In this document: in pieces, positions 28,617 to 38,530 of the stretch
How positions within the stretch are numbered: the stretch's first letter is position 1
Layout of the letters: each line of letters opens with the position of its first letter
NCBI GenBank assembly: GCA_003221515.1
Contig: QHSI01000101.1
Coordinates: 2,753 to 66,752 of the forward strand
DNA from: Candidatus Rokuibacteriota bacterium
GTDB lineage: Bacteria > Methylomirabilota > Methylomirabilia > Rokubacteriales > CSP1-6
Length of the DNA stretch: 64,000 nt
Reading direction: 5' to 3'
Notes under the pieces: model-generated
Database searches by the model: none
Told to the model about the DNA's origin: nothing
What the model saw: only the letters and a program-made list of their open reading frames with translations
Made by a program: the position numbers and the translations under genes

Positions 28617-29095
28617 GTTCGAGGATCGCGGCGGCCGCGGCGATGGCCGTGGCCGCCGTCGTCAGCATGCCGTCGGCGACCTTCGCGGACCCGACGGAGA
28701 CCAAGCCCGAGGCGACGGCCAGCGACCCCGACTACGCGGCCGGCAAGCTGGCGTACGAGCGCAAGGACTGGCCCGAAGCGGTCAAGCGATTCCGGCAGGC
28801 CGCGCTGCGCGACCCCGAGAACGCCGACCTCCAGAACTACCTCGGGTTCGCGTACCGGCATCTCGGCCAGCTCGACGTCGCGTTCGAACACTACAAGCGG
28901 GCGCTCGAGCTCAACCCTCGCCACCGCGGCGCTCACGAGTACGTCGGCGAGGCCTACCTGCTGGTGGGCGACCTGCCGAAGGCCGAGGAGCACCTGGCGG
29001 CGCTTCGCCGGATCTGCCTGCTCCCGTGCGAGGAGCTGGCCGACCTGGAGCGCGCGATCACCGCGTATCGAGCACGAGCGCAGCCCCGCCGATGA
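28613..29095 (+). CDS. Small secreted TPR-repeat protein (about 150-160 aa)
   Basis: Signal-like N-terminus '...AAAAMAVAAVVSMPSATFA'. TPR units 'AVKRFRQAALRDPENADLQNYLGFAYRHLGQLDVAFEHYKRALELNPRH'. Start is either TTG 28613 or ATG 28643. Confidence 0.6.
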   Translation: MSSRIAAAAAMAVAAVVSMPSATFADPTETKPEATASDPDYAAGKLAYERKDWPEAVKRFRQAALRDPENADLQNYLGFAYRHLGQLDVAFEHYKRALELNPRHRGAHEYVGEAYLLVGDLPKAEEHLAALRRICLLPCEELADLERAITAYRARAQPRR

Positions 29096-29108
29096 TAGGA
29101 TCTCGCGC

Positions 29109-31379
29109 GTGATCGGCGAAGCGCATCCACGACTCGGCGGCGATCGGTTCGTCAGCGGCTCCGGCCGGTTCGTCGAGGACGTGCGCGTACCCGGGATGCT
29201 GCACGCGGTGGTGCTCCGCTCGCCTCACGCTCACGCCCGCCTGGTGTCGATCGACGCGAAGGCCGCGCGCGACCTGCCCGGCGTCCACGCCGTTCTCACC
29301 GGCGCGGACGTGCCGCCGGCCGCCGTCATTCCCAATCGCGTGCCGGCTCCCAAGGGCACCGAGCGCTATCTGCAACCGGCGATCGCGCGAGAGGTCGTCC
29401 GCTACGTGGGCGAGCCGGTGGCGCTGGTCGTCGCCGACGATCCGTACATCGCTCGCGACGCTCTCGACCGCATCGACGTCGTCTACGAGCCGCTCCCGGC
29501 CTGCGCATCGACCGCCGACGCGCTCGCGCCCGGGGCACCGCGGCTCTTCCAGAGCACGGACACGAACAACGTCGCCACGATCACGATGCGCGTGGGCGAC
29601 GCCGACGCGGCGCTGGCCGGCGCCGCGCTCGTGCTTCGCGAGCGCTTCGCCTACCCGCGCCAGACGGCGGCGGCCCTCGAGACGCGCGGGCTCGTCGCGG
29701 TGCCGCCCGACCCGCGCGGCGGCGAGCTCCACCTGATTGGCTCCACCAAGTGCATCCACATCAACCGGACCATCCTGGCGCCGATCTTCGGCATCCCGCT
29801 GGGCGCGCTCCGCCTCACCGAGGTGGACGTGGGCGGCGGCTTCGGCGTGCGGGGCGAGCTCTATCCCGAGGACATCCTGGTGCCGCTCGCCGCCATGAAG
29901 CTCGGGCGGCCCGTGCGCTGGATCGAGAGCCGCCGCGAGAATCTAATGTCCGCTAACCACGCGCGCGAGGTCGCCTACGAGATCGAGGTCGGTTTCGACG
30001 GCGAAGGCCGCATCGCCGGGATGCGCGCGGTGATCCACGCCGACATCGGCGCCTACGTGCGCACGGCCGCGCTCGTGCCCGCCGAATTCGGTGCCGCGCT
30101 GTTGCCGGGGCCGTATCGCGTCCCCAACTACGCGTGCGATCTCTGGTCGGTCGTGACCAACAAGACGCCGGCTGGCACGCTCCGCTCGCCCGGCCGCCCG
30201 GAGTGCAACTTCGTCCGCGAGCGCCTCGTGGACCGCGCGGCCGCGCGCCTCGGTCTGGACCCTGCGGAGATTCGCCGCCGCAACCTGATCCGGCCTGACG
30301 AGATGCCGTACGACTGCGGCACCAGGTCCTTCGGTGGCAGCACGGTCTACGACTCCGGCGACTTCCCCGCGCTGTTCGAGGAGCTGCTGCGCCGGCTGGA
30401 CTATAAGCGTACCCGCGCTGAGCAGGCCGCGTTGAACGCGCGGGCCGGCGGGCTACGTCGAGGCATCGGCTTCGCGATCTACGTCGAAAAAACCGGCCTC
30501 GGCCCATTCGAGACCACCCAGGTAGAGGCGAGGCCCGACGGCACGCTGATCGTGGACACGGGCGCCTCGTCGATGGGGCCAGGGCTCGAGACCGTGCTCG
30601 CCCAGATCCTGGGCGAGGCTCTCGGTCTCCCGACCGGGAAGTTTACGGTGCGTCACGCCGACACCGCGATGGTCGAGAGCGGCGTCGGCACCTACGGCTC
30701 GCGCGGCACCATCACCGCCGGCAACGCGGCGCACCTCGCGGCGGCGAAGCTGATCGCCGAGGCTCGCCAGCGGGCTGCGGCTCGCTGGGGCGTTCCGGAG
30801 GCCGAGGTGAAGTACGCGCGTGGCGTCGTCGAGGCGGGCGGCCGGCGGGTGACGCTGACGGAGCTGGCGGCGGAGCGTCGTCTCGCGGCGGGCGCGTCGT
30901 TCGAGGTGCCGAAGATCACCTACGCGGGCGGCGCCGCCGCCGTGGTTGCCGACGTCGACCCCGAGACCGGCGCCATCAAGCTCGTCCGTGTGGTCGTGGG
31001 CGCCGACGTCGGCCGTGCGGTGAACCCGGCGCTGGTCGATGGTCAGCTCGTGGGCGGCGTCGCCTTCGGCATCGGCAACACGCTGCTCGAGAGCCTCGTG
31101 TACGGCGCCGACGGCCAGCTGCAGTCGGGCACGTTCATGGACTACGCGCTGCCGATGGCTCCCGATGTCCCACTGGTCGACGGCTTCTATCAGGAAGTGC
31201 GAGCGACGACGAACCCGCTGGGGCTGCGCGGTCTCGGTGAGGTGGGTAACCCTGGGCTCGGCGGCGCCATCGCCAACGCGGTGTGCGACGCCCTGCCGTC
31301 AGGAAACCTAGGGATCACGGCGCTGCCCCTGACGCCGGCGCGCGTCTTCTTGGCCGGGCGCCCGGCGCACGCGCCCTGA
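29109..31379 (+). CDS. Xanthine dehydrogenase family molybdopterin-binding subunit (CoxL-like), 756 aa
   Basis: GTG start. 'VDVGGGFGVRGE', '...LRSPGRPECNFVRERLVDRAAARLGLDPAEIRRRNLI'. No adjacent FAD or Fe-S subunit genes. Confidence 0.9.
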   Translation: MIGEAHPRLGGDRFVSGSGRFVEDVRVPGMLHAVVLRSPHAHARLVSIDAKAARDLPGVHAVLTGADVPPAAVIPNRVPAPKGTERYLQPAIAREVVRYVGEPVALVVADDPYIARDALDRIDVVYEPLPACASTADALAPGAPRLFQSTDTNNVATITMRVGDADAALAGAALVLRERFAYPRQTAAALETRGLVAVPPDPRGGELHLIGSTKCIHINRTILAPIFGIPLGALRLTEVDVGGGFGVRGELYPEDILVPLAAMKLGRPVRWIESRRENLMSANHAREVAYEIEVGFDGEGRIAGMRAVIHADIGAYVRTAALVPAEFGAALLPGPYRVPNYACDLWSVVTNKTPAGTLRSPGRPECNFVRERLVDRAAARLGLDPAEIRRRNLIRPDEMPYDCGTRSFGGSTVYDSGDFPALFEELLRRLDYKRTRAEQAALNARAGGLRRGIGFAIYVEKTGLGPFETTQVEARPDGTLIVDTGASSMGPGLETVLAQILGEALGLPTGKFTVRHADTAMVESGVGTYGSRGTITAGNAAHLAAAKLIAEARQRAAARWGVPEAEVKYARGVVEAGGRRVTLTELAAERRLAAGASFEVPKITYAGGAAAVVADVDPETGAIKLVRVVVGADVGRAVNPALVDGQLVGGVAFGIGNTLLESLVYGADGQLQSGTFMDYALPMAPDVPLVDGFYQEVRATTNPLGLRGLGEVGNPGLGGAIANAVCDALPSGNLGITALPLTPARVFLAGRPAHAP

Positions 31380-31411
31380 TCTACGCCGAGACAAGTTCCG
31401 GGGCCCAGGCG

Positions 31412-31993
31412 ATGTCACGCGGCATGTACTTCATCACGCATCCCGATGTCGTGATCGACCCCGCTGTCCCTGTCCCCCAGTGGCCGCTCTCTCCGCGTGG
31501 CCGGAGCCGGATGCAGCGCCTGCTGAGCCAGGACTGGCTCCGTCAAGTCGAGGCGATCTATTGCAGTACCGAGCAGAAGGCCGTTGATGGCGCACTCATT
31601 CTGTCTGAGGCGACGGGTATTCCGTTTCACCAGGTCTCAGCGCTCGGGGAGAACGACCGCGTGGCCACTGGCTACCTGGCCAAGGCAGAGTTCGAAGTGA
31701 CCGTCGATGCTTTCTTCGCTCGTCCAAGCGCGAGCATCCGCGGGTGGGAGCGCGCTGAAGCCGCCCAAGCCCGTATCGTCGAGGCACTTTCATGGATTGC
31801 AGAGACCACGCCTGGCGCTGGGTCAATCGCGGTGGTGTCACACGGCGGCGTAGGAGCGCTCCTGCTGTGTTCCCTCAAAGGGCGGCCCATCTCACGAGAG
31901 GAAGAGCAGCCGGGGACATCCGGCGGACACTACTTCCTGTTCCAGGAACCAGAAGGTACGCTCATCCATGGCTGGAAGCCGATTGATGGATAG
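31412..31993 (+). CDS. Histidine phosphatase (phosphoglycerate-mutase-like) family protein, 193 aa
   Basis: 'MSRGMYFITHPDVVIDP' carries the RHG-type motif variant (ITHPD), with 'VVSHGGV' near the C-terminus. Confidence 0.65.
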   Translation: MSRGMYFITHPDVVIDPAVPVPQWPLSPRGRSRMQRLLSQDWLRQVEAIYCSTEQKAVDGALILSEATGIPFHQVSALGENDRVATGYLAKAEFEVTVDAFFARPSASIRGWERAEAAQARIVEALSWIAETTPGAGSIAVVSHGGVGALLLCSLKGRPISREEEQPGTSGGHYFLFQEPEGTLIHGWKPIDG

Positions 31994-32013
31994 TCGTCGA
32001 GGACATGGGCTGA

Positions 32014-34032
32014 TCAGGAACCGTAGAGGTGACACGCGACGTGATGTCCCGGCGCGTGCTCCTGCAGCACTGGCTCCGCCTCCGAGCACACCGGCAGCGC
32101 CTGCGGACACCGGGGATGAAATCGACACCCCGCCGGCGGATTGAACGCGCTCGGCACCTCACCCCTCAGAATGACCTCCTCGCGCACGTCGTCCGGATGC
32201 GACGGCAGCGCGTTGTTCAGGAGCACCTGCGTGTACGGATGGAGCGGGTTCGCGTAGAGCTCGTTCGCCGGCGCCGTCTCGACGAGCTTGCCCAGGTACA
32301 TCACGCCGATCCGCGTGCTCACGTACTTCACGACCGCCAGGTCGTGGGCGATGAAGAGATAGCTGACGCCGAGACGGTCCTGGATCTCTCGCAGCAGGTT
32401 CATCACCTGGGCGCGGATCGACACGTCGAGCGCCGAGACCGCCTCGTCGAGCAGGATGCACTCAGGATCCGTCGTCGGGGCCCGGGCGATCGCGACGCGC
32501 TGGCGTTGGCCTCCGGAGAGCTCGTGAGGGTAGTCGTCGGCGATCCGCGGCCGTAATCCCACCCGCGTGAGCGAGCCGGCGATGCGCTCGTCGATCTCCG
32601 CGCGCGTGAGGCCTGGCTGGTTCTGGGTGAGGGGCTCGCCCACCGTCGTGCGGATCGTCAGGCGTGGGTTCAACGAGCCGTACGGATCCTGGAACACGGC
32701 CTGCACCGCTCGTCGGTACTCGTTCGTCTCGTCACGGTCAAGCGAGTGAATGTCGCGGCCGCGGAACAGGACACCGCCGGCGGTCGGGCGCTCGAGGGAC
32801 AGAACGAGCCGCGCGGCGGTGGTCTTCCCGCATCCGCTCTCGCCGACGAGCCCGAGCGTCTCCCCGTGACGCAGGACGAAGTCGACGCCGTCGACCGCCT
32901 TCACGGTGCCCGCGGCGCGGGCGAAGATCGTCCCCCGCGCCAACGGGAAGTGCTTCGTCAGCGCACGCGCCTCGAGTACGACGTCGCCTCCGCCGTCCAG
33001 GTCGTCGCGAGCCGGATTCGCCATACTCGATAGCGACACCACGCGTCCATTCGGCTTCGAGGTGTCCTCTGCACGCAGGCATGCGACGAGATGCCCCTGC
33101 GCGATCGGCTCCAGCGCCGGCCGGGCCTCGACGCAGCGCGGCTCGGCTATCGGACATCGCGGCGCGAAGCTACAGCCCGGAGGCACCGCGGCCAGATCGG
33201 GCGGCTGGCCATCGATCGCCGTCAGCGGCTCGCGGCCGCGGCGCAGGGTGGGCAGACAGTTCAGCAGCCCGATCGTGTACGGGTGACGCGGCTCATTGAA
33301 GATGTCGCGCGTCTTGCCCATCTCGACGACGCCCCCGGCATACATGACGGCGACCCGGTCGCAGAGCTTGGCCACGATCGCCAGATCGTGCGTGACGAAG
33401 ACCAGCGCCAGGTTGGTCTCGCGCTGGATCTCCTTCAGGAGCCGCAGGTACTGCGCCTGGATCGTCACGTCCAGCGACGTCGTCGGCTCGTCGGCGATCA
33501 GGAGACTCGGCTGGCACGAGATCGCGATCGCGCCGGCGACGCGCTGGCGGATGCCGCCACTCATCTGATGGGGATAGGCGTGCACGCGCCGCTCGGGATC
33601 GCTGATCCTCACCTGCCGTAGGAGTTCGAGCACGCGCTGGTCGAGGGCGCGGCCGCGGAGGCCGCGGTGGAGCCAGAGCGTCTCCGCGATCTGCTCGCCG
33701 ACCGTCATGGCCGGATTCAGCGAGGCCATCGGGTCCTGCAGGATCATCGCGATCCGCGAGCCGCGGAGCTGGCGCATCTCCTCGGGGCTCTTGGCGAGCA
33801 GGCTCTGGCCGTCGAAGACGATGTCGCCCCCGACGATCTTGCCGCCGGGCTCGGGCACCAATCGCAAGATCGAGAGGCACGTCATCGACTTGCCGGAGCC
33901 GGACTCGCCGACGATCCCGAGGGTCTCGCCGCGCTGGACCGAAAACGTCGCGCCGTCGACCGCCTTCACGACCCCGCGGCGCGTATAGATGTAGGTCCGG
34001 AGATCCCGGACCTCGAGCAGATCCTCACCCAC
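32014..34032 (-). CDS. Fused tandem ABC ATP-binding protein (two DppD/DppF-type cassettes in one polypeptide, GsiA-like), 672 aa
   Basis: Two Walker A sites ('[11 protein letters not shown]', 'GESGCGKTT') and two signature/oligopeptide C-terminal domains in a single 672-aa ORF. Confidence 0.85.
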   Translation of the reverse strand: MGEDLLEVRDLRTYIYTRRGVVKAVDGATFSVQRGETLGIVGESGSGKSMTCLSILRLVPEPGGKIVGGDIVFDGQSLLAKSPEEMRQLRGSRIAMILQDPMASLNPAMTVGEQIAETLWLHRGLRGRALDQRVLELLRQVRISDPERRVHAYPHQMSGGIRQRVAGAIAISCQPSLLIADEPTTSLDVTIQAQYLRLLKEIQRETNLALVFVTHDLAIVAKLCDRVAVMYAGGVVEMGKTRDIFNEPRHPYTIGLLNCLPTLRRGREPLTAIDGQPPDLAAVPPGCSFAPRCPIAEPRCVEARPALEPIAQGHLVACLRAEDTSKPNGRVVSLSSMANPARDDLDGGGDVVLEARALTKHFPLARGTIFARAAGTVKAVDGVDFVLRHGETLGLVGESGCGKTTAARLVLSLERPTAGGVLFRGRDIHSLDRDETNEYRRAVQAVFQDPYGSLNPRLTIRTTVGEPLTQNQPGLTRAEIDERIAGSLTRVGLRPRIADDYPHELSGGQRQRVAIARAPTTDPECILLDEAVSALDVSIRAQVMNLLREIQDRLGVSYLFIAHDLAVVKYVSTRIGVMYLGKLVETAPANELYANPLHPYTQVLLNNALPSHPDDVREEVILRGEVPSAFNPPAGCRFHPRCPQALPVCSEAEPVLQEHAPGHHVACHLYGS

Positions 34033-34098
34033 GATTCGCTGTCGTCTCCGACGGGCCGGATTATACTCGGCGCAATCCGCGATCGTTGGAGACAGGGC

Positions 34099-36204
34099 AT
34101 GGCCTACATCATCGGCATCGACACCGGCGGCACCTTCACGGACTGCATCGTGATGGACGCCGACGGAAAGCTCACGGCCGCCAAGGCGCCGTCCACCCCG
34201 GACGATTTTTCGGAAGGCGTCATGGAGTCGCTACGGGTGGCCGCCGAGCGGCTCGGGATCACGATCGAGGCGCTGCTGGGCGAGACCGCGCGGCTGGCGC
34301 TCGGCACCACGGTCGGCACGAACGCCATGCTCCAGCGGCGGGGCGCGCGTGTGGGGCTCATCACCACCAAGGGGCACCGCGACGTCATCCACATCATGCG
34401 GGGCGCCCGCGGCGTGCCCGGGCTCAACAACGTCCAGGTCCTGCACTTCCCCGAGAGCGGCAAGCCGGACCCGATCGTGCCCAAACCCTTCATCGCGGAG
34501 GTCAGCGAGCGTGTCGACTGCAAGGGCCAGGTGGTCGTCGAGCTGAACGAGGGCGAGGCCGAGCAGGCCATCAGGCGGCTCGTCGCCAAGGGCGTCGAGG
34601 CGATCGCGATCTGCTTTCTCTGGTCGTTCAAGGCGCCCGAGCACGAGCGGCGCGTGAAGCAGATGGTCGAGCGCCTGGCGCCCGGCGTGTTCGTCTGCTG
34701 CTCGGCCGATTTGATCCCGCGCTGGGGCGAGTACGAGCGCACGGTGGCGACGGTGCTCAACGCCTATCTGGGCCCGGTGATGTCGCGCTATCTCGACCGG
34801 CTCGAGTCGCGCGCCCAGGCCGCGGGCCTGCGATACCCGCTGCAGGTCATGCAGTGCGGCGGTGGTGTGATCCCGGCCGCCGAGTCGGCGCGGCGCGCGT
34901 TCCTCACGCTCGACTCCGGGCCGGTCGCCGGCGTGCTCGCCTCGCAGTACCTGGGCGGGATCATCGGCGCCAAGCACATCATCGCCACCGACATGGGCGG
35001 CACCTCGTTCGACGTCGGCCTGGTGTGGGACGGTGAGCCGATCGCCAGCTACCAGAGCGTCGTCCACCAGTACGAGTATTTCGTCCCGCGCATCGACATC
35101 CGCTCGGTCGGCAGCGGCGGGGGCTCGATCATCTGGATCGACGAGGTGAGCGCCACGATGCGGGTGGGTCCGATCTCGGCGGGCGCCAAGCCCGGCCCCG
35201 CGTGCTACGGGCGCGGCGGTACGCAGCCGACGGTGACCGACGCCGATCTGGTGCTCGGCTACATCGACCCCGACTACTTCCTGGGCGGCCGGCTGCGCCT
35301 CGATCTCGAGAAGGCCCGTGAGAGCCTGGGGCCGATCGCCACGCGACTCGGGATGGGCCTGGTCGAAACCGCCAGCGGCGCCGTGCGCGTGGTCGAGCAC
35401 CAGATGGCCGATCTGATCCGCAAGGTCACCGTGCAGAAGGGGTACGACCCGCGCGACTGCGTGGTGTTCGCCTACGGCGGCGCCGGGCCCGTGCACGCGG
35501 GTGTCTACGCGCGCGAGCTCGGCGCTCAAGGCGTCGTGGTGCCGCTGGGCGAGATCTGCTCGCTCTGGTCGGCGCTCGGGGCCGCCTCGGCGGACCTGCT
35601 CCACATCTACGAGGCCGTCGACATCCAGTCGAGCCCGTTCGACCCGGCGCGGGTCATGAGCCACTTCGTGGAGCTCGAGGCGCAGGGCCTGCGTCAGCTT
35701 GCCGCCGACGGCGTCGACATGAAGCTGGCGCGCCTGGCCCGCTCGGCGGACATCCGCTACAAGGGCCAGATCAACGAGGTCGAGGTGCCGGTGGCGCCCG
35801 GGCCGCTCGACGCCGCGGCGCTGGCGTCGCTGATCGGCGACTTCCACCGGCGCTACGAGACGGTCTACGGCAAGGGCGCCGGGTTTCACGAGGCGCGTCT
35901 GGAGATCGTCACCTACCGCGTGCGTGCCTCGGCGGTCAGCGCCAAGCCGCGCATCGTCGCCGCGCGCGAGGCCGACCGCGAGCCCGCGCGGGAGGCTCGC
36001 GCGGGCACGCGGCCCGTCTACTGGGCCGAGCTCGGCGACTTCGACGCGACGCCCGTGTTCTGGGGCCACCGGCTGGCGCCGAGCAACGTGATCCCGGGTC
36101 CCGCCATCATTCAGGTACCCGACACGACGATCGTCGTCCACCCGTGGGAGACTGCGCGCATGGACGCCTACGGCAACGTGCTGATCGATCTGGGAGGCCG
36201 CTGA
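34099..36204 (+). CDS. Hydantoinase A / N-methylhydantoinase A / acetone-carboxylase-beta-type ATPase subunit (HyuA family), 701 aa
   Basis: 'MAYIIGIDTGGTFTDCIVMDADGKLTAAKAPSTP' is the HyuA N-terminus. 701 aa. The upstream part of the 845-aa track ORF is an artefact. Confidence 0.9.
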   Translation: MAYIIGIDTGGTFTDCIVMDADGKLTAAKAPSTPDDFSEGVMESLRVAAERLGITIEALLGETARLALGTTVGTNAMLQRRGARVGLITTKGHRDVIHIMRGARGVPGLNNVQVLHFPESGKPDPIVPKPFIAEVSERVDCKGQVVVELNEGEAEQAIRRLVAKGVEAIAICFLWSFKAPEHERRVKQMVERLAPGVFVCCSADLIPRWGEYERTVATVLNAYLGPVMSRYLDRLESRAQAAGLRYPLQVMQCGGGVIPAAESARRAFLTLDSGPVAGVLASQYLGGIIGAKHIIATDMGGTSFDVGLVWDGEPIASYQSVVHQYEYFVPRIDIRSVGSGGGSIIWIDEVSATMRVGPISAGAKPGPACYGRGGTQPTVTDADLVLGYIDPDYFLGGRLRLDLEKARESLGPIATRLGMGLVETASGAVRVVEHQMADLIRKVTVQKGYDPRDCVVFAYGGAGPVHAGVYARELGAQGVVVPLGEICSLWSALGAASADLLHIYEAVDIQSSPFDPARVMSHFVELEAQGLRQLAADGVDMKLARLARSADIRYKGQINEVEVPVAPGPLDAAALASLIGDFHRRYETVYGKGAGFHEARLEIVTYRVRASAVSAKPRIVAAREADREPAREARAGTRPVYWAELGDFDATPVFWGHRLAPSNVIPGPAIIQVPDTTIVVHPWETARMDAYGNVLIDLGGR

Positions 36205-36205
36205 G

Positions 36206-38509
36206 ATGGCGGATCGCCCGCATCCGAGCTCGACGACCTCCGGCCCGCACGACGGGACGACCTTCTCCTACATTCCCGGCGACACGCTCGCGATCCATCC
36301 GAGCCTCACGCTGCACCGGGAATGGACCGACAAGATCGACCCGATCACCTACGAGGTCATCCGCCACAACCTCTGGAACATCAACGAAGAGCTGGGGATG
36401 ACGATCCAGCGCATCTCGGGCTCGCCGGTGGCGATGTACGCCTTCGACCTCAACTCCTCGATCTTCACCGAGGACGGCGAGTTCATCTATTACGGCCCAT
36501 ATCAGCTATACATGTCGGGCGTTTCGGACGTGCAGGTTAAGTGGACGCTCGAGTACCGCTCGCAGAACCCGGGCATCTTCGAGGACGACATGTTCCTCTC
36601 GAACGATCCCTGGGTTGGCGCCGCCCATCAGATGGACGTCACGCTGCTCACCCCGGTGTTCTGGGACGGCAAGCTCTTCTGCTGGATCACCAACGTCCTG
36701 CACCAGTACGATGTCGGTGGGATCACGCCCGGCAGCTTCTGCCCGAACGCGCGAGACTCCTTCGACGAGGGCATCCTGATCCCGCCGGTGAAGATCGTCG
36801 AGCGCGGGGAGCTCAGGCGCGACATCGAGGGCGTCTACCTGCGTGCCTCGCGCAAGCCCTACCTGGTGGCGCTCGACCTGCGAGCCCAGATCGCCGGCAA
36901 CAACACCGCCAAGCGCCGCATCCTCGGCCTGATCCGCCGCTACGGCCCGGAAGTCGTCAAGGGCGTGATGCGGAAGATCATCGACAACGCCGAGCAGGCG
37001 TTCCTCCAGAAGCTCGCGAAGCTGCCCGACGGGGTGTGGCGCGAGCGGAGCTACGTCGAGGTCGCGTACGTCGGCGACCGCAAGACCTACCAGGTCATGC
37101 TCAACATGCAGAAGAAGGGCGACCGGCTCGTCTTCGACAACGCCGGCACCGCGCCCCAGGTGGGCGCGATCAACACGACCTATTCGGGCTGGCGCGGCTC
37201 GATCATGACCGCGATCAACGAGCTGCTCTGCTGGGACCAGCTCTACGCGATCGGGGGCGCCCTGCGCCACATCGAGTTCCAGCCCTCGCTCGGCGCGTTC
37301 ACGTCGGCGGCTCATCCGGCCTCGGTGTCGACGGCGCCCGTGCAGGCCATGGAGATCTCGCTCTATCCCGCGTACAACACGATCTCGAAGCTGCTGTCGG
37401 GCGATCCCGAGCTCAAGCGCGACGCGATGTGCATCGGCGGCACCAGCCAGTTCCCGCTGACGGTGTTCCGCGGCATCGACCAGTGGGGCGAGAAGTTCGG
37501 CTATCTCCTGCTCGACCCCATGGTGGGCGCGATCGGCGCGTTTTCGTTCCGCGACGGCATCGCCACTGGCGGCCAGGTGCGCAGCCCGATCTGCCGCATC
37601 GGCAACGTCGAGCACAACGAGCAGAGCTTCCCGCTGCTCGTGCTCTACCGGCGCGAGAACACCGACTCCGGCGGCGCCGGCAAGTTCCGGGGCGGCAACT
37701 CGGCGGCCGTGAGCTTCATCCCCCACGGCACCGACGGGATCGTCCAGGACACCGAGTCGTCGGGCGCCGCGATCCCGACGGCGCCCGGCCTCATGGGCGG
37801 CTATCCCGCGAACACCAACTACTACCGGTTCAAGCGCGGGACCGACATCCAGCAGTGGCTGGCCCGCCGCGAGATCCCCGGCGACGTCGGCGAGGTCAGT
37901 GGCGAGGACGTGCTCCTGCAACTCCGCCAGATCGACATCCAGCAGGGGCCTGATGACGTCTATGAAGTCGCGTTCGCCGCCGGCGCCGGCTACGGCGACC
38001 CGATCGAGCGCGATCCGGAGGCGGTCCGCAAGGATGTCTACCTCGGCGACGTCTCGGCGCACGCGGCGCGCGAGCTCTTTCGCGTGGTGCTCGCGGGCGA
38101 GGAGGAAGATCTGCGCGTCGACGTGACGGCGACGGCGGCGCTGCGCCGCCAGGCGGTGGTCGAGCGGCTCGGCCGCGAGCCCAAGCCCTACGCGGGCCCG
38201 CGGCTTCCGCTGCTCCGGCATCTGACCGACTGCCTGGATCTGGTGAAGAGCGACGGGCGCCCCTGGCTCGGCTGCGCGCGCTGCGGCCAGCCACTCTGCG
38301 ACGCGCACGAGAACTACAAGCTCCACTGCCATCGCATCGACCGGCCGATCCAGGCGGCCAACACGCTCATCGGTGATCCGCGCCGGTTCATCGACGACGA
38401 CGTGCAGTTCCGCCAGTTCTGCTGCCCGGCGTGCGGGGGTCTGGTGGAAAATGAAGTGTGCCGGACGGCGGACCCGGTGCTCCGCGACATCGAGCTGGAC
38501 GTCGAGTAG
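36206..38509 (+). CDS. Hydantoinase B / acetone-carboxylase-alpha-like subunit with C-terminal Cys-rich zinc ribbon (HyuB family), 767 aa
   Basis: HyuB core. The C-terminus 'CARCGQPLCDAHENYKLHCHR...FCCPACGG' resembles the Zn-binding tail of acetone/acetophenone carboxylase alpha subunits. Starts 2 nt after hyuA. Confidence 0.85.
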   Translation: MADRPHPSSTTSGPHDGTTFSYIPGDTLAIHPSLTLHREWTDKIDPITYEVIRHNLWNINEELGMTIQRISGSPVAMYAFDLNSSIFTEDGEFIYYGPYQLYMSGVSDVQVKWTLEYRSQNPGIFEDDMFLSNDPWVGAAHQMDVTLLTPVFWDGKLFCWITNVLHQYDVGGITPGSFCPNARDSFDEGILIPPVKIVERGELRRDIEGVYLRASRKPYLVALDLRAQIAGNNTAKRRILGLIRRYGPEVVKGVMRKIIDNAEQAFLQKLAKLPDGVWRERSYVEVAYVGDRKTYQVMLNMQKKGDRLVFDNAGTAPQVGAINTTYSGWRGSIMTAINELLCWDQLYAIGGALRHIEFQPSLGAFTSAAHPASVSTAPVQAMEISLYPAYNTISKLLSGDPELKRDAMCIGGTSQFPLTVFRGIDQWGEKFGYLLLDPMVGAIGAFSFRDGIATGGQVRSPICRIGNVEHNEQSFPLLVLYRRENTDSGGAGKFRGGNSAAVSFIPHGTDGIVQDTESSGAAIPTAPGLMGGYPANTNYYRFKRGTDIQQWLARREIPGDVGEVSGEDVLLQLRQIDIQQGPDDVYEVAFAAGAGYGDPIERDPEAVRKDVYLGDVSAHAARELFRVVLAGEEEDLRVDVTATAALRRQAVVERLGREPKPYAGPRLPLLRHLTDCLDLVKSDGRPWLGCARCGQPLCDAHENYKLHCHRIDRPIQAANTLIGDPRRFIDDDVQFRQFCCPACGGLVENEVCRTADPVLRDIELDVE

Positions 38510-38530
38510 GGTAGGTTAAAGGAGAGACCG

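Noticed and set aside
33667-34098. N-terminal extensions of track ORFs preceding the real starts. Examples: 33667-34098 before hyuA, 23484-24689 before the CMD gene, 12772-12879 before puuE, 57135-58256 before the 2OG oxygenase, 59945-60133 before FAAL, 18677-19861 before the DppF-like ATPase.
   Set aside because: Homology begins only at an internal Met that has its own ribosome-binding site. The upstream parts overlap neighbouring genes and are low-complexity.
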